NCBI GenBank assembly: GCA_036499685.1
Contig: DASYDH010000059.1
Location: 23,057 to 87,056, forward strand
Reading direction: 5' to 3'
Origin: Lacunisphaera sp.
Lineage (GTDB): Bacteria > Verrucomicrobiota > Verrucomicrobiia > Opitutales > Opitutaceae
Length of the DNA: 64,000 nucleotides
Position numbers and translations under genes: made by a program
The notes under the pieces: generated by a model
Seen by the model: the letters and a program-made list of their open reading frames with translations, nothing else
Database searches by the model: none
Told to the model about the DNA's origin: nothing
Shown here: piece after piece, positions 58,536-64,000 of the stretch
Position numbering within the stretch: position 1 is the stretch's first letter
How the letters are laid out: the number at the start of each line of letters is the position of its first letter

Positions 58536-60899
58536 TTATTCGATCTTGATGTTCGACCACGCGGTCCAATCCCAGCTCTTATTGTTGTTGGGCCCGTTTT
58601 GGATTTCCAAAAACAGCCGTCCACCCACCAATCCCTTGAGACTTCCGCTGAAATCCTGCAACCCGCGGTCGGATTTGTTTTTCATGGGATCGAGATAACG
58701 TTGGAAAAGTTCGACCCGATCGGTGCCGTTGGACCAGTAGACAATGAATAATGCTCCATCGGTGTTTCCGCCGTTGGTGTAAGTGCCGGGCATCATGCCG
58801 AATTTGCCGCTGACCAATTTCGGATTTTTTGGCAGATCGAAGATCATCTGGCTGGGCGCATGCAAGACGGCGGCTTCCCGTCCGTCGATGATGGTTTCCG
58901 ACACCGGCGTCAGCGATGTATAGCTCACCGGGAAAGATTGGAACATGTGCAACAGGCGCTCGATTTCGCTGGCGAAGAATTTTTTGCCCGAAGTGGGGAA
59001 GGGGATCGACGAAAGTTCGATCGACGCGGTCGGGGCGAAAAATTTCAGTTGGTCCTCGGGGATGTTGATCGTGATCGACCGGACCTTTTTCACCGGCTCG
59101 CTGTTGGCGAAATGCATGTAATCCACGACATCTTCGATCAACGGGTTGAGCACGAACCCGGTGCGCCCCTGGGGTAACGGCATCAGGAAGTCGCGCTTCA
59201 AATCCTGCTCGGTCTCGATGTGCAGGACGACCTGCGGCGGCTTGTAGAAGAAGCTCCGGAGTTTCCCGAGGAATGACGGCTGAAGATCGACTTTCAACCA
59301 GAGAGCCTGATTGGAAAGAGCGGCAATCTTGAGTGGTTCGTTGACTGGAAGGGTTTCGGATCGCAGGAGCGTGGGTTCATACTTGACCGGATCGAATGGT
59401 CCGGGTGTCAGGTGCCAGAGCCCAAAGCCTTTTTCCGTGCGAATGTATTGGTAGCGATACGCGAGCAAGAGCAGTACGCGGGCATCATCCATGGTCGGCA
59501 GGCGGCCATCGATGGTCTCAATTTTCGAGAGCACGTACTGTGGGGCGCGATCTGACGCATAAAGGTCATAGTTCAACCGCTCAAGGGGCGGGTTGAAGGT
59601 GGAGTAGCTCTGGATCACCGGCCTCGGTTGGTAGTTGAGCCGGTTGAGCACGGCTGCGCCGATTTCGAAGCCGACCACGTCGATGGTGGATTTGCCGGCG
59701 ATATCGCGCGTCATGTACAAATCGGCATCGGCGCGGGCGACGTTGAGATGATCGCGATAATTTTGGCGGGTTTGTTTCCACTCCACCACCTGCTCGATGT
59801 TGCTCCAGACTTTTCCCTGGAATTGGCCAAGCGCATTTCGCAGAACGCCCCATAGCGAATTTTCCAACGCCCACAGCGAAAGCAAAATGGCGCCGAGGAA
59901 AATCCAATAGTGTTGGCGGCGACCGCAGGGCGGATCATCGAGCAGTGCGGGATAGGCCGTGAGCGGCAGGAGCGCACAGTAGAAAAAGCCGATCATGTGT
60001 CCGTCCGCCCGTACGAAGCCGTGTTTCCAATTCAGGTAGATAAACGCCCCGAGCAACAGGGTATTGGCAATCGCCCGGGGTTTGTCGGTATGCAGCCGGA
60101 CGTGAACCGCGGAGTAGCCGATCAGTAGGAAGAGGATGACGAGACCCTTCCAAAGTGAAGGGAGTGGCGCGGGGAAACCCATGGACCAAAGCCAGCCGTC
60201 GCTGATAAACCATGACCCGTAAAAATACGCGGGCAGATTCGCCACGTTTTGCCCGAGCGCGATCCAGCCGGCAAGATAAGCGAGACCGTAGGCGAGGGCA
60301 AGGATGCCTGCTTGCCGCCAGCGCCGGCTATAGGCGCTGTAGGCGCATGCGAGCAGCACGACGAACGAGGCGAGCAGGAAATTGGTGAATTTCAGCTGGC
60401 TCGAAACGGAGAGCACAATGGCGATCAGCAGCGTACTGTTTCTCCACGGCATCCCACTCCGGCGCAAAAGTTCAAAGCCAAGGATGGCAATGATCAGCAT
60501 GTGCAGCGCGTCTTCGTACGAAATCGCGAGAAGGAGAAAGAACAGCAGGAAAATCAGGCGCGAGCGGCCGCGCAGACGTTTTGCCTGAAGCACCACCACT
60601 GCGGCCGTGACCACCGCCACCGTCAATTGGCCAAAGATCAGCGCCCACCATTGGACGCCGGAATAGGTCTTGCCCATGACGAATCCCAACGGGCCGTAGT
60701 TGAACACGACGTCGCGGCCAAACTGCATCCCGTGTTCATAAAAATAACCCAGCGCCATCCGCCACGATGGGTCGAGATCGGCCGCGGGCATCAGCGGGAA
60801 ATTGAAGGTCGCGATGACCGTGACGATAAACAGGATGATCCAGCCGGTGATTCTTGAAACGCCGGGCGGCAGCAGGGACTCGGGAACGTCGGGAGACAT
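58536..60899 (-). CDS. Putative GT-C glycosyltransferase with C-terminal NPCBM-like domain (paralog A)
   Basis: From ATG 60899; DLDPSW.MAL, FNYGPLG, KHGFVRAD.H, PRPVIQSYS, ID.RL.T.DD, HAPS..W.W..W. Confidence 0.72.
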   Translation of the reverse strand: MSPDVPESLLPPGVSRITGWIILFIVTVIATFNFPLMPAADLDPSWRMALGYFYEHGMQFGRDVVFNYGPLGFVMGKTYSGVQWWALIFGQLTVAVVTAAVVVLQAKRLRGRSRLIFLLFFLLLAISYEDALHMLIIAILGFELLRRSGMPWRNSTLLIAIVLSVSSQLKFTNFLLASFVVLLACAYSAYSRRWRQAGILALAYGLAYLAGWIALGQNVANLPAYFYGSWFISDGWLWSMGFPAPLPSLWKGLVILFLLIGYSAVHVRLHTDKPRAIANTLLLGAFIYLNWKHGFVRADGHMIGFFYCALLPLTAYPALLDDPPCGRRQHYWIFLGAILLSLWALENSLWGVLRNALGQFQGKVWSNIEQVVEWKQTRQNYRDHLNVARADADLYMTRDIAGKSTIDVVGFEIGAAVLNRLNYQPRPVIQSYSTFNPPLERLNYDLYASDRAPQYVLSKIETIDGRLPTMDDARVLLLLAYRYQYIRTEKGFGLWHLTPGPFDPVKYEPTLLRSETLPVNEPLKIAALSNQALWLKVDLQPSFLGKLRSFFYKPPQVVLHIETEQDLKRDFLMPLPQGRTGFVLNPLIEDVVDYMHFANSEPVKKVRSITINIPEDQLKFFAPTASIELSSIPFPTSGKKFFASEIERLLHMFQSFPVSYTSLTPVSETIIDGREAAVLHAPSQMIFDLPKNPKLVSGKFGMMPGTYTNGGNTDGALFIVYWSNGTDRVELFQRYLDPMKNKSDRGLQDFSGSLKGLVGGRLFLEIQNGPNNNKSWDWTAWSNIKIE

Positions 60900-60933
60900 G
60901 GGTTGAGATTGGCGGAAAAGTCTGCGGGCGGGG

Positions 60934-63303
60934 TCAGCGCGCGATGTAAATGTCGGTCCAACCGGTCCAGTCCCAGCCGATGTCATTGTACGGGCCGGGA
61001 TTGACTTCGAGATAGACCGAGCCACCGGCGAGGCCGGCGAGATCGATGCTAAACGATTGCAGGCCGTGATCCTCTTTGACGGAGACCGGGTTGAGGAATC
61101 GTTGGAAAAGATCCTTCCGCTGGTTGCCGTTCGACCAATAAATGATAAAGCGGGCGCCGTTCGTCTTGCCGTCGCCGGTGTAGGCGGCTGGCATGTACCC
61201 GAACATGCCGCTGATCGATTTGGCTCCCTTGGGCAGATTAAAGGTCATCAAGCTCGGTGCGTGCATGATGGCCACCTGACGGTTGTCGATCATGGTGGCC
61301 GAAAATGGCATCCGCGCCTCGTAGGCCGTGGGCGGGGTGCGGAACATGCTGAACATTTTGTCGATGTCCTTGGGAAAATATTTTTCCCCCGTGGTGGGCA
61401 TGGGTGGCAGTGCTGACAGTTTCACGTTAACTTCAGATTGAAAGTATTTCGTGTCACCATCGAGCACCTTGACCGTGATCGCGCTCGCCCAGCGGGTGGC
61501 TTTCCCGCTCGCATAGCGCATATAATCCACCGTATCGCTGATCAACGGGTTCAGGATGAAGCCATTCTGGCCTTGCAGGATCGGCATCAGGTAATCGTGC
61601 GACGAGTTGTCGGTGTCCGTGATGGTCAGCATCACGCGGGGCGCTTGATAGAGGAACCCGCGAATCTTGCCGAGCAGCGAGGTATGCACGTCGACCTGAG
61701 CCCAGAGCGGTTTGCCGGCGAGATCGGCAACTTTCAATGGCTGATTCAGCGCGATGGTTTCATCCCGGATGAATTTCGGTTCGTATTTCTCCGCGTCGAA
61801 GGGCCCGGCGATTTTATGCCACAGGAGAAAACTTTTTTCCGTTTGCAGGAATTCGTAGCGATAGGGCAGCAGTTGCAATATCTGCGCGTCGTCGAGCGTC
61901 AGCAGCCGGTTGTCGATCGTCTCGATTCGCGCGAGGATATAGTCCGGGGCCTGCGGTGACGCCAGATAATGGGCGTTGAGGTGGGCGAGCATCGGGGTGA
62001 ACGCCGAATAACCCTGAATGACCGGCCGCGGGTGGTAGTTGAATTTGTTGAAAATCGCGACGCTTTGCTCGCAACCGAGCACATCGAGGGTGGAATCACC
62101 GACGATCTTGCGCGATTCGCCGAGATCGGCCCCCGCACGAGCCACGGAAAGTTGTTCGCGATAAACCTGCCGGGTTTCCTGCCAGCGGATGACCTTCACG
62201 ACATTGTCCCAGATTTTCCCCTCCATCCAACCCATCGACAGGCGCACCGTGCCATCGAGCGCGCTTTCAAGGGCGATTACAGCCAGCGCGGTGGTCACTG
62301 CGAACACCCGGAAATGCGCGAGGCGGAAACGGTCCGGATCATCGAGGAGCGTCGGATAACTCACCAACGGCAGGAGCGCGCAAAAGAAAAAGCCGATCAT
62401 GTGGCCGTCGGCGCGCACGAAGCCATGTTTCCAGTTGAGGTAGATGAAAGCCCCGAGCAGGAGGGAATTCGCCCACGCGCGGGGTTTGTCGGGGTTGAGA
62501 AAAAGATGAACGACGGCGTATGCCGCCACGACCAGTAGCACGACAATTCCCTTCCACAGCGCCGCCCACGGTGCGGGAATCGCCATGGACCAGAGCCAGC
62601 CTTCGCTGATCTGCTGCGAGCCGGCAAAAAAGTCCGGGAGATTCGCGAGATTCTGCCCGAGCAGCAGCCAGCCGCCCAGATAGGCCGCGACGTAGATCAA
62701 CGCGAGTGCGGCGGCCTCTTTTTTCCGGCCGCGCAGCCAGCTGTAGCCGAAAGCCAGAAACACGGCAAACGCACCGAACAGAAGATCCGTGAACTTGATT
62801 TGCGCATATCCGGCGATGATGAGCAGGATCACAGCGGTGCGGTTTCTCCACGGTTCCGTGCCGCCCCGAATCAGCTCGAACCCGAGCAAGGCCAGCACGA
62901 GCATGTGCATGGCGTCCTCGTAAAGACTGGCGAACAGGAAAAAGAACAGAAAGAAAACGAGCCGGCTGAGAATGCCCTTGAGCAACAATCCCTGTCGCAG
63001 AATCACCACGCCGGAAATTACGGCCAGGATCAACTGCCCGACGAGCAGCGGCCAGAAATGGACGCCGGAGAAAGTCTTGCCCATCACAAAGCCGAGCGGC
63101 CCGTAATTGAAAATAACGTCGCGACCGAACTGCATCCCGTGTTCGAAAAAGTAGCTTAACGCCATCCGCCAGGAAGGGTCCAGCCCTTCGGTTGGCGGTT
63201 GCGGAAAATTGAAGATCTCCGCGACCAGCAGGAGATAGACGACACCCCAGCCGACAGTCCGGGTGACAAACTGCGGGAGCATGAGGGGGCGGGTATAGGC
63301 CAT
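60934..63303 (-). CDS. Putative GT-C glycosyltransferase with C-terminal NPCBM-like domain (paralog B)
   Basis: 789 aa; collinear with 58536-60899 along its whole length; start 63303 or 63282. Confidence 0.72.
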   Translation of the reverse strand: MAYTRPLMLPQFVTRTVGWGVVYLLLVAEIFNFPQPPTEGLDPSWRMALSYFFEHGMQFGRDVIFNYGPLGFVMGKTFSGVHFWPLLVGQLILAVISGVVILRQGLLLKGILSRLVFFLFFFLFASLYEDAMHMLVLALLGFELIRGGTEPWRNRTAVILLIIAGYAQIKFTDLLFGAFAVFLAFGYSWLRGRKKEAAALALIYVAAYLGGWLLLGQNLANLPDFFAGSQQISEGWLWSMAIPAPWAALWKGIVVLLVVAAYAVVHLFLNPDKPRAWANSLLLGAFIYLNWKHGFVRADGHMIGFFFCALLPLVSYPTLLDDPDRFRLAHFRVFAVTTALAVIALESALDGTVRLSMGWMEGKIWDNVVKVIRWQETRQVYREQLSVARAGADLGESRKIVGDSTLDVLGCEQSVAIFNKFNYHPRPVIQGYSAFTPMLAHLNAHYLASPQAPDYILARIETIDNRLLTLDDAQILQLLPYRYEFLQTEKSFLLWHKIAGPFDAEKYEPKFIRDETIALNQPLKVADLAGKPLWAQVDVHTSLLGKIRGFLYQAPRVMLTITDTDNSSHDYLMPILQGQNGFILNPLISDTVDYMRYASGKATRWASAITVKVLDGDTKYFQSEVNVKLSALPPMPTTGEKYFPKDIDKMFSMFRTPPTAYEARMPFSATMIDNRQVAIMHAPSLMTFNLPKGAKSISGMFGYMPAAYTGDGKTNGARFIIYWSNGNQRKDLFQRFLNPVSVKEDHGLQSFSIDLAGLAGGSVYLEVNPGPYNDIGWDWTGWTDIYIAR

Positions 63304-63519
63304 GAACGGTCCTTTTTGGGGAAGAAATGGAATCCCGTCTAGCTGGAACTGCGAGGGGTGGGCGTCGCACCGAAAGGGCGGTTTTCTTCAATAGCGGGCC
63401 GGACGGACGGGGGAATGGCTTTCATGAGTCAGGACCTACGACAAAATCAAGCTTCCAATCCGCTATTCCGGAGCGAAAAATTACTCCGAATTCGACGTCG
63501 CATCGCTCAAACCTGTAAT

Positions 63520-63542
63520 TGCGCCTGAGATCCTCAGGCGCA
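63520..63542. repeat. Perfect 10-bp palindromic stem (REP-like)
   Basis: TGCGCCTGAG-ATC-CTCAGGCGCA. Confidence 0.6.
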
Positions 63543-63582
63543 CAACACTCCAGCGAAGGCGATCAGCCGCAGCGGACTCCAA

Positions 63583-63604
63583 AGATTCATCCATTGATGA
63601 ATCT
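63583..63604 (-). terminator. Stem-loop just after the stop of the partial gene
   Basis: AGATTCATC-CATT-GATGAATCT, 3 nt after the TAA; short U-tract. Confidence 0.4.
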
Positions 63605-63607
63605 CCA

Positions 63608-64000
63608 TTAGCGGTCCTTGCTCTCCAAGCGGGTTAATCGCAATTCCCGCCAATAACTCCATGCGAAGTTGACTCGACCGCTCGGTGCGGCCTCGGTGCG
63701 CAAAATCAGTTTCCCGCCGGGTTCATCGGGTAGACTCACCTCAAAAGGCACCGCACCGCGATCATCCGCGTGCTCGCGGGGATTGAGATACCGTCTAAAT
63801 AGCTCCTTTCTTACGCCTCCGATCGTCTCGGTTTCGACCACAAATACGACGCCATCGGTATCGCCCTTGCCGGTGTAGGCACCGCGAACCAGGCCGATTT
63901 TCCCGCCCAACTGTTTGGCGCCTGCTTCCAAGGGAAAAACAATTTCCGACGGCGCGTGCGCGAAAAGCACCTTCGCTCCATCTTCCTCTAAATTATCAAA
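63608..64000 (-). CDS. C-terminal NPCBM-like domain of a gene starting beyond the window (5' partial)
   Basis: Frame stays open to the window edge (FDNLEEDGAKVLFAHAPS...TDG..F...LFRRYLNP....DRG...W.YW). Confidence 0.8.
   Translation of the reverse strand, partial: FDNLEEDGAKVLFAHAPSEIVFPLEAGAKQLGGKIGLVRGAYTGKGDTDGVVFVVETETIGGVRKELFRRYLNPREHADDRGAVPFEVSLPDEPGGKLILRTEAAPSGRVNFAWSYWRELRLTRLESKDR

Noticed and set aside
19-64000. Reading the glyco island as a flagellin glycosylation locus
   Set aside because: About 9 kb of housekeeping genes separate it from the flagellar operon; no flagellin or Maf gene is present; GT-C/lipid-donor chemistry is periplasmic whereas flagellin glycosylation is cytoplasmic

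Overview
A ~60% GC bacterial chromosome segment. Gene style suggests Verrucomicrobiota (Opitutaceae-like); this is an inference. It has three blocks. (1) 1-14.4 kb is an uninterrupted flagellar basal-body/hook/export operon: flgBC-fliEFGHIJ-motE-like-fliK-flgD-flgE-fliLMNOPQR. A near-consensus sigma54 -24/-12 promoter lies inside the fliK ORF, just ahead of an in-frame Met. (2) 14.5-23.6 kb is housekeeping: lipA, lipB, a secreted three-repeat protein, lysS-lolE-lolD, leuCD with a divergent LysR regulator, and several small palindromic or periodic intergenic elements. (3) 23.7-64 kb is a ~40-kb cell-surface glycosylation island. It holds four GT4s, five GT2s (three resembling polyprenol-phosphate-sugar synthases), seven complete GT-C-like polytopic proteins plus a partial gene and a probable remnant, and two methyltransferases. 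It also holds rmlA/rmlB with a plant NRS/ER-like epimerase-reductase and no rmlC, a serine-palmitoyltransferase-like enzyme, and two RfbE-like epimerases (one with FxxxK instead of YxxxK) separated by an ECF sigma/FecR/TonB-receptor cassette. I saw no tRNA, rRNA, CRISPR array, transposase, integrase or phage gene. All family assignments come from motif recognition by eye; no searches were run.
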